Shown in pieces: positions 46,055-54,917 of a stretch of DNA of 64,000 nt. Position 1 is the first letter of the stretch; each line of letters starts with the position of its first letter. Below the pieces are notes generated by a model. It saw nothing but the letters and a program-made list of their open reading frames with translations. It was not told the origin of the DNA and ran no database searches. Position numbers and translations under genes: made by a program. Source of the DNA: Candidatus Methanosuratincola verstraetei (GTDB lineage: Archaea > Thermoproteota > Methanomethylicia > Methanomethylicales > Methanomethylicaceae); NCBI GenBank assembly GCA_049570475.1, contig CP186953.1, forward strand, positions 1,344,001 to 1,408,000. The letters are read 5' to 3'.

Positions 46055-46468
46055 CGATAAATGTTCTCAAGAAGGTGAATAAAAGCCCTTTCTGGGTTTT
46101 CAAAGCAGATAATCAATATGGGGCAAGCTAATAGCCACCTCAATCACAACCATAAAGTTGGCGACTCATCAAAAAAGGCAACTGATCCTAGGGAACGTCT
46201 AGATATTTGTTTCTTTAAACCTGTTGCCTTCTTGTTCTATCAAAAGAGGGTCTGACCTGATTGGAGTGATCACAGGGCGGAACATTCCGAATGGCTGTTT
46301 AATTCCTCGTTATGCGATTTGTTCATGTGCACCATCTGGGCTGTCTGTGGCGTATCGGTCTTGGTTGTGCCTACGGCCGGGCAGAAATTGAGCACAACAT
46401 GTTAAAATTCAAATATCGTAATATAGCGATGAATTTATTAAGTCCAATAAGGTAGTTGTCTTCAGGTA

Positions 46469-47188
46469 ATGGAAATGAAGCAAGATTATGCAGCAATGCA
46501 GGACAAATTGACCCAGGTGCTCGGCCTCAAGTTCCCCCCTGTCGCGGTGAGCCTCATCCGAAGGGCTTCGGACATACCCCAAGGCGTCATGGAGCTCGAT
46601 AAGCCGATGTTCTATTGCGCCATGGTCAAGCACGCGATGTTAGGAAACGTCTTCTTCGCCAGGGACTGTGCCCATGCCTGCAGGAGGGGTGCTGCGGCGC
46701 TCGGTCTCGCCAAGATCCCAGATGACGAGAGGACAGGCGAGTTCTACACCAACAAGTCGTCTTTCGGCTCGATGAGGGCCGCGACCAGGACTGTAACGCG
46801 GTCACCGCAGCTCGAGGCTGGCAGCATATATGCAACCTTGATGTCGCCGCTAGAGAAGGCCCCTATCGACCCTGATGTCGTGCTCATTGAGGCCCTGCCC
46901 AGGAGGGCTCTTGAGCTCGTGCACGCCTCGGTCTTCGAAAGTGGCGGCTGGATAGAGAGCATGGTTTCTGCGCCAAGGCAGGTTTGCGCTGCCTTGACCG
47001 TTAGGCCATATCTGGGCGACTTGAACGTCTCCTTTGCATGCGAGTCGGCTAGAATGGCAGCGAAGCCAGTCGGTCTTGAATACTCTGATGAAGGCGTTCT
47101 CGTGGGGGTGCCTGGCGACCAAATCGGCGAGGTCGTCAACAACATAGACAAGATAGGCTATGTCAAGCAGAGGGTTGCGAAGAAATAG
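46469..47188 (+). CDS. DUF169 family protein
   Basis: LKFPPVAV, FYCAMV, C..GAAALG, PLE....PDVV and SFACESAR. Confidence 0.82.
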   Translation: MEMKQDYAAMQDKLTQVLGLKFPPVAVSLIRRASDIPQGVMELDKPMFYCAMVKHAMLGNVFFARDCAHACRRGAAALGLAKIPDDERTGEFYTNKSSFGSMRAATRTVTRSPQLEAGSIYATLMSPLEKAPIDPDVVLIEALPRRALELVHASVFESGGWIESMVSAPRQVCAALTVRPYLGDLNVSFACESARMAAKPVGLEYSDEGVLVGVPGDQIGEVVNNIDKIGYVKQRVAKK

Positions 47189-47210
47189 GCAAAAGGAGGT
47201 TGAAAAAAGT

Positions 47211-47624
47211 ATGGTTGATGAAAATGAGGGATCTGGTAAGGCTCCCAAGATACTCCCGCTCTGCTACAAGGTCGCAGATCATGAGAACATAATCTGGGTG
47301 TGCGATGGGGCTGCAAACGTCGGGCAGATTGGGCACGAGGTCGGCGTGCTCCTCACCAACATGGACAAGGCGAGGATGTGCTGCACAACCGCTGTGGCTG
47401 CAGGCTCGAAGCCCCATCTGGAGATTGCCGGAAAAGCCAAGAAGAACATAGTCATAGACGGCTGCGGCAACCGCTGCGCCTCCAAGGTGCTGGAGAAGGC
47501 TGGGGTCAAGATAGGGTACGCGATCGACATTTCGAAGTACCTGCAGAAGGTGCCGACGCTCGACATCTACCAGGCGGACGTGAAGCGCATAGCCGAGATT
47601 GTAATGAAAGAGGCAGGGCTCTGA
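47211..47624 (+). CDS. DGC-domain zinc-binding protein
   Basis: CDGAANVGQ, MCC and IDGC..RCA. Confidence 0.85.
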   Translation: MVDENEGSGKAPKILPLCYKVADHENIIWVCDGAANVGQIGHEVGVLLTNMDKARMCCTTAVAAGSKPHLEIAGKAKKNIVIDGCGNRCASKVLEKAGVKIGYAIDISKYLQKVPTLDIYQADVKRIAEIVMKEAGL

Positions 47625-47641
47625 TCGCTGGGGGCGTAACT

Positions 47642-48682
47642 GTGCCCGATCCTCCAGGCTTGGGAAAAACAGGTGGAGCCGGCGCCCCTGCTGCGCCGCA
47701 GCCCGGCAAACGCCCCTCTGGCATTGAAAGGGTCGCTTCTTTCATTCAGAGGAACTATTCATACATGGTCTTTTCGATGGTCTTCCTAGGCATAGTGGCA
47801 GGCATTGCAGCACCCATGCATGTTCAGTCGCTCAAGCCGCTGATGCTCCCCCTAGTGAGCATAATGGTCTATGCGATGACGGTCACGATAAGGTTCAGGG
47901 AGCTCGTCCAAGTGACCAAAAAGCTCAAACAGATCACGCTGGGGCTGCTGCTGAACTTCATACTGCTGCCGCTTCTCTGCTTCTTCCTCGCGTTGGCGTT
48001 CCTATCATCGAGACCGGAGTGGGCAGCCGGCTTCATACTGATGGGGACAGTCCCTTGCGCGGGCATGAATGTGGTATGGACTGGGCTCCTGAAGGGGGAC
48101 GTCCCGCTTGCGCTGATCCTGGCAGCGCTCACAATGATCCTTGGGATAGTCACAATACCTGGGATAACCGCTCTCCTCGCCGGCGTTTACGTGAGCGTGA
48201 ATGCAGCAGATCTCCTCTGGTCGATCGCAACCGTCCTCGCAATCCCGCTCATCCTCGGCATCCTTACCCGCCAGGCGCTTGAGGCTAAGCTTGGGAAGTC
48301 CTTGCCGAAGTACCTGCCAGCCTTCCCGCCCGTCTCAGCAATCACGGCGATGATCCTGATGTTCTCCATGCTCGCAATAAACATGGCAATGGTGCCGGGC
48401 GACCTGTCCATAGTCGTGCTGTTGGTGCTCCCGCCCATCATCCTATTTCCAATAGCCTTCGGGCTCTCCCACCTGATATGCTCAAAAGTCCTCTGCCTGC
48501 CGCTCGGCGAGACAAATGCAATTGTCTACAGCTCTGGGATGAAGCACCTCCCGCTCGCCATGGGGATTGCCTTCGCCTCCTTCGGGGCCGGGGCAGCGCT
48601 CCCGATAGCAGTGTCCGCAGCGTTCCAGACGGTCAATGCCAGTGTCTTCTACAGGGTGTTCCAGCGCCTGGGCAGGGGTTAA
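47642..48682 (+). CDS. Acr3/bile-acid:sodium symporter family transporter
   Basis: LLLNFILLP and PCAGMNVVWTGL.KGD, about 10 TM helices. Probable GTG start at 47642. Confidence 0.82.
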   Translation: MPDPPGLGKTGGAGAPAAPQPGKRPSGIERVASFIQRNYSYMVFSMVFLGIVAGIAAPMHVQSLKPLMLPLVSIMVYAMTVTIRFRELVQVTKKLKQITLGLLLNFILLPLLCFFLALAFLSSRPEWAAGFILMGTVPCAGMNVVWTGLLKGDVPLALILAALTMILGIVTIPGITALLAGVYVSVNAADLLWSIATVLAIPLILGILTRQALEAKLGKSLPKYLPAFPPVSAITAMILMFSMLAINMAMVPGDLSIVVLLVLPPIILFPIAFGLSHLICSKVLCLPLGETNAIVYSSGMKHLPLAMGIAFASFGAGAALPIAVSAAFQTVNASVFYRVFQRLGRG

Positions 48683-48777
48683 CGCCCCCATCTTGAGGGA
48701 TGCGGTGCAAAGGGAAATTGGGAGTTAGTTAGCCGGGGAAAATCAGCTTGATGAGAAAGCGGGGGAAGGAGGGCGAG

Positions 48778-48819
48778 CGGGATCCAATTCCTTGTTTCTC
48801 CGATTTATCTTGGATCCCG
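48778..48819. terminator. Inverted repeat between convergent genes
   Basis: CGGGATCCAA-N22-TTGGATCCCG. Confidence 0.4.
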
Positions 48820-48828
48820 GATGGGGGC

Positions 48829-49587
48829 TCACTCCCTGAATTTCAGGTCTATCCTCCTGCCGATGTAAAGGAATGCTGCAGAGAAGCTGATGAGCAAAGC
48901 CGCGCTGAGTAGCGGATCGAACGCAGAAGCCCCTTCCAAGGCTAGCCTCATGAGGTCGTTGGCATAGGTGAGTGGCGAGAATGCGGATGCTACCTGCCCC
49001 CAGTACGGCAGCATTTCGATCTTTATGAAAATGCCGCTGATGAATATGAGGGGGAGCCTGATGAAGTTCAGTAGCAGCATCACGTCCCCTGGGTTCTCGC
49101 GCGGAAACATCGCGAGCATTATCCCGAGCATTGAGAAGCAGAAAGAAGCCAGAATAAGCCCGAGCAGCAGCCCGGGCAGGCTGATTATCTGTAAACCGAA
49201 GACCGGCAGGCATGCCGCAAGTATGATTGATCCAATTACGAGCCCGAATATGGCACCGCTGAGCACCTTGCCCACCATTACTGTGTATGGGGAGATGGGC
49301 GCGCACACGAGCCTGTCGTATGCCTTTATCCTCCTCTCCAAAGGCAGTGCCGAGGGCCCTATGGAGGAGGCGCTGAAGAAGACGGTTATGGAGACCAGGC
49401 CAGGGACTAGCGTAGCAACTGGCATCTCCCTGCCAACTGCGAAGGCGAAGAACATCGCGAAGGGGAAGAGTATTGCAAACATGAGCGTCGGCGCCTTCAG
49501 GTAATAGATCTTGATGTCTTTCTTGGCTATTGCCCATGCAGCCTCCAGCTCTTCGAGTAAAGCTGATTTCCTTGTGCATTGTGCCAT
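48829..49587 (-). CDS. ABC-2 type exporter permease
   Basis: ERR...DRLVCAPI, PLIFISGIF and SPLTYANDL. Confidence 0.88.
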   Translation of the reverse strand: MAQCTRKSALLEELEAAWAIAKKDIKIYYLKAPTLMFAILFPFAMFFAFAVGREMPVATLVPGLVSITVFFSASSIGPSALPLERRIKAYDRLVCAPISPYTVMVGKVLSGAIFGLVIGSIILAACLPVFGLQIISLPGLLLGLILASFCFSMLGIMLAMFPRENPGDVMLLLNFIRLPLIFISGIFIKIEMLPYWGQVASAFSPLTYANDLMRLALEGASAFDPLLSAALLISFSAAFLYIGRRIDLKFRE

Positions 49588-50550
49588 CTACGATCTCCCC
49601 CCTGCTCCTGCTTGGGCTGTGCCTGTCAGGTTGATGAACACGTCCTCAAGGGTCGGCCCGAGCGTGTTGATTTCCAATATCCTGATCCCGTGACTGCGCG
49701 CATAGTCCCAGATGCCCTCCAAAGCGGCGGGCGGGTCTTCCGTGAAGAGCCTAAACCTGTGCCCTTCCTTGATCACCCGTCTTACCGATGGGATCTTGCC
49801 GAGTTCTGCCTCGCCCGTCTCAGCATCCTCTTCAAAGGAGACTTGGACAGACTGCGCGCTCTTTATTGTCCTCCTCAGGTTTTCTGGCCTGTCTATTGCG
49901 ATGATCTTTCCGTGGTTGATTATGGCTATCCTGTGGCACATCTGGTTCGCCTCCTCGATGTTGTGGGTAGTCAGGAAAACCGTGGTCCCCTTCCTGTTCT
50001 CCTCCTTGACAGCCTCCCTGATCACAATGTTGCTTTGGACATCGAGCCCTGCCGTTGGCTCATCGAGGAAAAGGAGCCGCGGGCTGTTGATCAGCGCCAT
50101 CGAGATCGCGATCCGCCTCTTCATCCCCTTCGAGAAGCCCCCGACCTTGTCATCCTTCCTTTCAGAGAGCCCGAACTTCTCCAGCAGCTCAAGCGCTTTA
50201 GCCTCCCTCTGCCTCTTTACCACGTGGTAGATCTCGCCCGCGAAGTTCAGGTTCTCCAAGGCAGAGAGCTCGGGGTATACATTCGACTCCTCCCAGACTA
50301 TCCCTACGCATCTCTTAGCCTCCTTAGCCTCCTTTCGGATGTCGTGCCCGAAGATTTTCGCCGTGCCCTCCGTCGGGGTCACGAGGCCCGTCAGCATGCT
50401 GATTGTCGTTGTCTTACCGGCCCCGTTCGGGCCCAAGAAACCGAATATCTCCCCCTCCTTCACTTCGAAGCTTATGTGGTCTACTGCAACAATCTCACCG
50501 TAGCGCTTCGTAAGCCCAGACAGCTCAACTGCGCTGGGCATCTGGACCAT
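49588..50550 (-). CDS. ABC exporter ATP-binding protein (DrrA-like)
   Basis: GPNGAGKTT, FSKGMKRR, FLDEPT, TTH and PTLEDVF. Confidence 0.92.
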   Translation of the reverse strand: MVQMPSAVELSGLTKRYGEIVAVDHISFEVKEGEIFGFLGPNGAGKTTTISMLTGLVTPTEGTAKIFGHDIRKEAKEAKRCVGIVWEESNVYPELSALENLNFAGEIYHVVKRQREAKALELLEKFGLSERKDDKVGGFSKGMKRRIAISMALINSPRLLFLDEPTAGLDVQSNIVIREAVKEENRKGTTVFLTTHNIEEANQMCHRIAIINHGKIIAIDRPENLRRTIKSAQSVQVSFEEDAETGEAELGKIPSVRRVIKEGHRFRLFTEDPPAALEGIWDYARSHGIRILEINTLGPTLEDVFINLTGTAQAGAGGRS

Positions 50551-50986
50551 CCCCCTCGCCAAGGAGGATCCTTATTATTCTGGCGGCGTTCCTGAGCCTC
50601 CCTGTCGCCTCCTCGAGGTAGTCCAGCCCTTCCTGTGTTATCCTGTACACCCTCTTCGCCGGGCCGCCCTCAGACGTGTCCCACTCGGATACCAAGAGCC
50701 CCGCCTTCTCCATCCTCCTCAGCATTATGTAAACGATCGACTTCGCGGGATCAACTCCGAACTTCTCCTTCAGGCTTTGGTGTATGCTGCCCCCGTGCAA
50801 CTCCTTTTCCTTCAGCAAGCTCAGTATAGCAAGGTGCAGCAGCCCCTTTGGGGTCGCCTCCCTTCCAGGGATCTGCCTGAAGGCAGGATGCCCCACATGT
50901 GGCCCACATCCGCACGGCGGTCCACACCTCGGGTCAGGTTCTCTCCCGATCTCTTCGCCGATGAACTCTTCTCTTCTATGGCACAT
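50525..50986 (-). CDS. PadR-family regulator with Cys/His-rich N-terminus
   Basis: GLLHLAILSLL...HGG...VY..LRRMEKAGL..SEW....GPAKRVYRITQEG. Confidence 0.9.
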   Translation of the reverse strand: MCHRREEFIGEEIGREPDPRCGPPCGCGPHVGHPAFRQIPGREATPKGLLHLAILSLLKEKELHGGSIHQSLKEKFGVDPAKSIVYIMLRRMEKAGLLVSEWDTSEGGPAKRVYRITQEGLDYLEEATGRLRNAARIIRILLGEGDGPDAQRS

Positions 50987-50997
50987 ATAAATCGCCA

Positions 50998-51030
50998 ACT
51001 TAGGTATCTAAGTTACTTAGATATATATGT
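50998..51030. promoter_or_regulatory. Palindromic operator upstream of padR
   Basis: ACTTAG-gtat-CTAAGT (50998-51013) overlapping the perfect inverted repeat TATCTAAGT-T-ACTTAGATA (51005-51023). Confidence 0.65.
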
Positions 51031-51246
51031 TTTCTTTTCCACTAAGCTCAATGAGCGAATAACATTTATCAACGGGCATAGCAGCAGGTTGTGTACCTCC
51101 CGTCCCCCCTCCTTCATCTGGCACGCTGGTGGATCGGGAAGGGAGGGCAAAACGGGATTCCCGAAGACAATCAATGCAGCCTGACTGCAGCCTCCGGGTG
51201 CCGCATAGGCATATTCCAATACACCGGCGGGAGCTACCAGGGAAGT

Positions 51247-51861
51247 TCACGTCTGGAGGTCCGGGTCCCTCAGGTTCTTCAACTCTGAGATTGTGGTTCC
51301 CAGCTCCGAGGACTTCTTCAGCTGCCTCTGAAATATGCTTGCGGCCAGGTACGCGTCGTTGAGCGCGTCGTGCCTCGAGGCAGGGTTGAGCCTGTACCTT
51401 TCGAGGAGCTCTTCGAAGCTGATCCTTCGCGGTACGGGGATCCCCTCCCTCCTCAACAACCAAGCTTCGACCCTTGCGATGTCGATGCTCCTGTCTAACG
51501 ATGGCATCGGGCTCGCGTGCCTCCCTAGTCTTTTGTACCTCTCCCGCAGGAATGCCCTGTCGAAGTCTGTGGCATACCCGATCATCGTCTTCCCCTCCAG
51601 CATAGTCCTCACCTTCCCGGAAACCTCCTCGAAGGAAGGGGCCCCTTCGAGGTCCTTAGGGCATATGCCATGGAATTTTATCGACTTCTCATCGAGCCTG
51701 CCAGGCTTCACGAGGGTGTGGAAGGCGCTCCCGAGGAGGATCCTGTATCCCCTCATCGGTATGATCGCAATTGCCACGATCTCGTCCGAGCTCGGCCTCA
51801 GTCCTGTCGTCTCCAGATCCACTGCCGCAAAGTCCCCTTCTTCAAGAGCCTGGTCAGCCAT
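51247..51861 (-). CDS. DEDDh 3'-5' exonuclease (PolIII-epsilon-like)
   Basis: AVDLETTGL, FDRAFL and RHDALNDA. Confidence 0.9.
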   Translation of the reverse strand: MADQALEEGDFAAVDLETTGLRPSSDEIVAIAIIPMRGYRILLGSAFHTLVKPGRLDEKSIKFHGICPKDLEGAPSFEEVSGKVRTMLEGKTMIGYATDFDRAFLRERYKRLGRHASPMPSLDRSIDIARVEAWLLRREGIPVPRRISFEELLERYRLNPASRHDALNDAYLAASIFQRQLKKSSELGTTISELKNLRDPDLQT

Positions 51862-51870
51862 CGTCCAGCC

Positions 51871-53502
51871 TCAACTCATCATTCCCTTCAGGCTTTTTAT
51901 TTGCTCAACTGCCGTCTTAACGGCCTTCTTGTGGACATTCTTGTCCAGCCTTACCTGATCACCGCACACTTTGCCCATCAACTCAAAGGTCCTCAGGGCT
52001 ATGTAGGCCTCCCTTAAAGTCCCGGAAAGCTCCCACGGGACAAGGCCTTGGCTGCCGAGCGTCTCGAGCCTTTCCCAGGTGGGCTTTGGTACCATGTCCC
52101 CGTGCCGGCAAGCCAGCATCTTTACCATGTCAGCAATCTCCCTGAGGAGCACCCCCGCTTCCCCGCGGCTGCCCGCGAGGGCCGTCGCCCCCTCAAGCGC
52201 TCCTCGGCCTATCCGCTCCCTCAGGGCGTCCCGGAATCTGAGGCAGGCGCGGTTGTCTCCTGAGACGTAGCGCGCGTCGATCAGGTCGAGGAGCCTGTCT
52301 GGGCTGAGGTCGCCCAAGAAGACCTGAATGTCCGCATCGCAGAACTCGACCTTCCGGGCATTGATACCTGCCGCCGCAAGCGCCTCCTGTAGCCCCTCCA
52401 CCTGTTTGCTGCCGACTACCAGCAGCTCCGCTTCAAGGGGGAAACTGAATTCGCCCCTCCCAAGCTCGCCCATGAGCATTGCCGCGCTCCTAGCCTCTGG
52501 GTCCCCGAACCAAGGGGAAATCGCCTTCTTTGCCGCAGAGTCAGCGAGCCTTGCCACTATTGCCGAGATCGAGGGGTAATCCAGGCCGCGCCTTGAGGCG
52601 TTCCTGATCACCTCGTCCATACCTCTTTGTGGCGCAATGGATCCGCCGGGGCCCGATCCCGCCGCCCCTTTCGTGACCCTTAAGAAGTGGGTGTGGACCT
52701 CGAGGCTCGATATGAGGTCTTTGATAGATATCACCCCCGCCAGCCTCCCGCCCTCGACCACCGCGAGGTGGTTGACCCCGTAGGAAACGAATTTGACATA
52801 CGCGTCCAGTACCGAGGACCTCGACCCGACCGTGATCACCGGCGAGGACATTGCCCGCTCGACCGGCTCCAGGATCCCGGCGCCCCTGCTGATGTGCCTG
52901 AGGACATCCGAGTGGGTCACTATCCCGACGGGCTCCATCCCTAGACCAACGACCAAGACGCTCCCCACCCTTTGGTCGACCATGAGCCTGATTGCGTCCA
53001 TGAGTCTCTCCTCCCTCGAGCAGAAGACCGGGCTCCTGTCGACGATCTGGCTCACCGGCTTGTGCAGGCCCCCCTCCCCCCCCTCCAGGCTGCCTGACCC
53101 CAAGAGCTGGAGGAACCTCTTGGAGCTCAGGCTCTCGACGTAGCTCCTGAATGCCCCGTTCCTCTCGGTCACGAGCCTCACCGCTGCCGGCTCCAGCTCG
53201 AAGACCACCGAGTCCTCGAGGGCCCTCCCGTCGCACTCTGGTTCCCATCCGGCGCCGAGGGCTGCCTCGATGCCGAGAAGCTCGCCCTCCTCGGCGACTT
53301 CCTCCAGGCCCGCCTCCGAGAAGAGCCCGATCCTCCCCTCCCTAACGAAGTAGAGCCTCCCTGGGCTCTCACCGCGCCTGAATACCTGTTTCCCTTCCTT
53401 GTAGAACCCAACATCCATCCTGCCCACGAGATCCTCGAGCTCTCCTTTTTGGAGCAGGGAGAATGGCTTCACCTTTGAGAGGTACTCGGCTGGGGGGAAC
53501 AT
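51871..53502 (-). CDS. cNMP-binding plus CBS-pair plus degenerate DUF294 nucleotidyltransferase protein
   Basis: PFSLL...LYFVREG...GE cNMP domain, two CBS domains, MGELGRGE (degenerate GSxGRxE). Confidence 0.8.
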   Translation of the reverse strand: MFPPAEYLSKVKPFSLLQKGELEDLVGRMDVGFYKEGKQVFRRGESPGRLYFVREGRIGLFSEAGLEEVAEEGELLGIEAALGAGWEPECDGRALEDSVVFELEPAAVRLVTERNGAFRSYVESLSSKRFLQLLGSGSLEGGEGGLHKPVSQIVDRSPVFCSREERLMDAIRLMVDQRVGSVLVVGLGMEPVGIVTHSDVLRHISRGAGILEPVERAMSSPVITVGSRSSVLDAYVKFVSYGVNHLAVVEGGRLAGVISIKDLISSLEVHTHFLRVTKGAAGSGPGGSIAPQRGMDEVIRNASRRGLDYPSISAIVARLADSAAKKAISPWFGDPEARSAAMLMGELGRGEFSFPLEAELLVVGSKQVEGLQEALAAAGINARKVEFCDADIQVFLGDLSPDRLLDLIDARYVSGDNRACLRFRDALRERIGRGALEGATALAGSRGEAGVLLREIADMVKMLACRHGDMVPKPTWERLETLGSQGLVPWELSGTLREAYIALRTFELMGKVCGDQVRLDKNVHKKAVKTAVEQIKSLKGMMS

Positions 53503-53515
53503 GGGAACTCCACCG

Positions 53516-54901
53516 TCATACGAACGACCTTTCTATGTGGCTCTGGAAGACCTTGACTGTCCTCATTGCCTGCTTGATCATCCCGATCTCGACCGGCGTG
53601 AGGGCAGACGTCTCGATCGTCCCTTGGGTCAACAGCTGGGAAGCGATCTTGAAGCCCATTATTATCTCGTAGCTTTGGAGGAGCTCCCGGCTCAGCTCCG
53701 GCGAGATCACCTTGTACTTCCCCAGCTGCTCTATCCTCTCCGATGTTGGAGTCGCGGTTATGCTGTTCGTTACCGCCAGCCCCCTTACCGGGTACTCCAG
53801 GGGGGCCACTGCCTTGGACTTGAAGTCGAAGGACTTGGGGATCCCGAGAGGGGAGAGCGGGGGTCTGTACATGAGGGACTGGGCGACAAAGAGGCGGTTC
53901 CTGTGGAGCTTCTTCGCAAGGGCATCCTTGACCCCCCCGAGGATCCGGCTGTCCCCCAGCACCGCCCTCGAGTCCGCGATGATCGAGAGCTCGACCGCAA
54001 ACCTCTGGGGGTCGCTGCCCCACCTGTCGATGAGGCCCAGCAGCTCCTGGCGCCCGAACAGGAGCTTCCTGGCGGTGTACCCGTGCTGGCACGGCGGGAA
54101 GCCGACCTCGTCCATGCCGTCCTCGAGGCCCTCCACCCATGACCTGAACTCCCCCCCTCCGTCGGAGCCCTCCTCGTATACCGCCAGCGTGTCCCTGTCG
54201 GTGAGCACGAACTGCTCTTTTCTACCCCAGCTCCCGCTCGCCGCGTAAACCGCGCCCTCCGGGATGCCGCCCTTGATGTTCGCGACCGCCATCAGGGCAG
54301 CGTCCACCACCTGGCTGATGCTCTCGAAGAACGCCGTGCTCCTCGTCATCCCGCCCCTCTTGGAGGCGATGAGCGCGCTCTTGATTATTTCGTCCTTGAA
54401 CTCCGCGACGATCTGCCTGACCTCGTCCAGATTCCTCGCCCGCCGTAGCCTGATCACGTAGTAGACGTGGAATGGCCCGAGCCTGTAAGCGAGGTCCCCG
54501 ATCGTCACGACCCCGCGCACCCTCCCCCCCTCGGTGACAAGGGTGTGCTTTATCCTGTGCTCCAGCATCTTCGAGAGCGCATCGTGGATCCCCTCGTCGA
54601 TCTCGACCGAAACCAGGTTATGGAGCCTGCCCGGCTTCCCCCTCAGGTATTCGCCGATGCTCAAGCCCACATCCACCCCCTCAGCGACCACCTCCCGGAG
54701 GTCGGAGTCGGTGAGTATCCCGACGGGCTTGCCGCCCTCCACCACGACGACCGACGAGACCCCCTCCAGGCGCATCATCTTCGCCGCGGTCTTTATTGGC
54801 ACGTCTGCCATGGCCCAGACCAGCCCCCTCAATGGCAACTTCTTGAGCGGCCCGCCCCCCCTCTCGGGCTCTCCATCGCCCCCTCCCTCTGCCCCTCCCA
54901 T
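53516..54901 (-). CDS. CBS-pair plus DUF294 nucleotidyltransferase protein
   Basis: GILTDSDLR, GSWGRKEQFVLTDRD (GS-x-GR-x-EQ...DxD) and GFPPC. Confidence 0.85.
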   Translation of the reverse strand: MGGAEGGGDGEPERGGGPLKKLPLRGLVWAMADVPIKTAAKMMRLEGVSSVVVVEGGKPVGILTDSDLREVVAEGVDVGLSIGEYLRGKPGRLHNLVSVEIDEGIHDALSKMLEHRIKHTLVTEGGRVRGVVTIGDLAYRLGPFHVYYVIRLRRARNLDEVRQIVAEFKDEIIKSALIASKRGGMTRSTAFFESISQVVDAALMAVANIKGGIPEGAVYAASGSWGRKEQFVLTDRDTLAVYEEGSDGGGEFRSWVEGLEDGMDEVGFPPCQHGYTARKLLFGRQELLGLIDRWGSDPQRFAVELSIIADSRAVLGDSRILGGVKDALAKKLHRNRLFVAQSLMYRPPLSPLGIPKSFDFKSKAVAPLEYPVRGLAVTNSITATPTSERIEQLGKYKVISPELSRELLQSYEIIMGFKIASQLLTQGTIETSALTPVEIGMIKQAMRTVKVFQSHIERSFV

Positions 54902-54917
54902 TTAAGGCACCCCGAAC

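Noticed and set aside
47300-47641. N-terminal extension of the 460-aa transporter ORF
   Set aside because: Overlaps the DGC gene in another frame and is non-conserved-looking; real start is probably GTG 47642.
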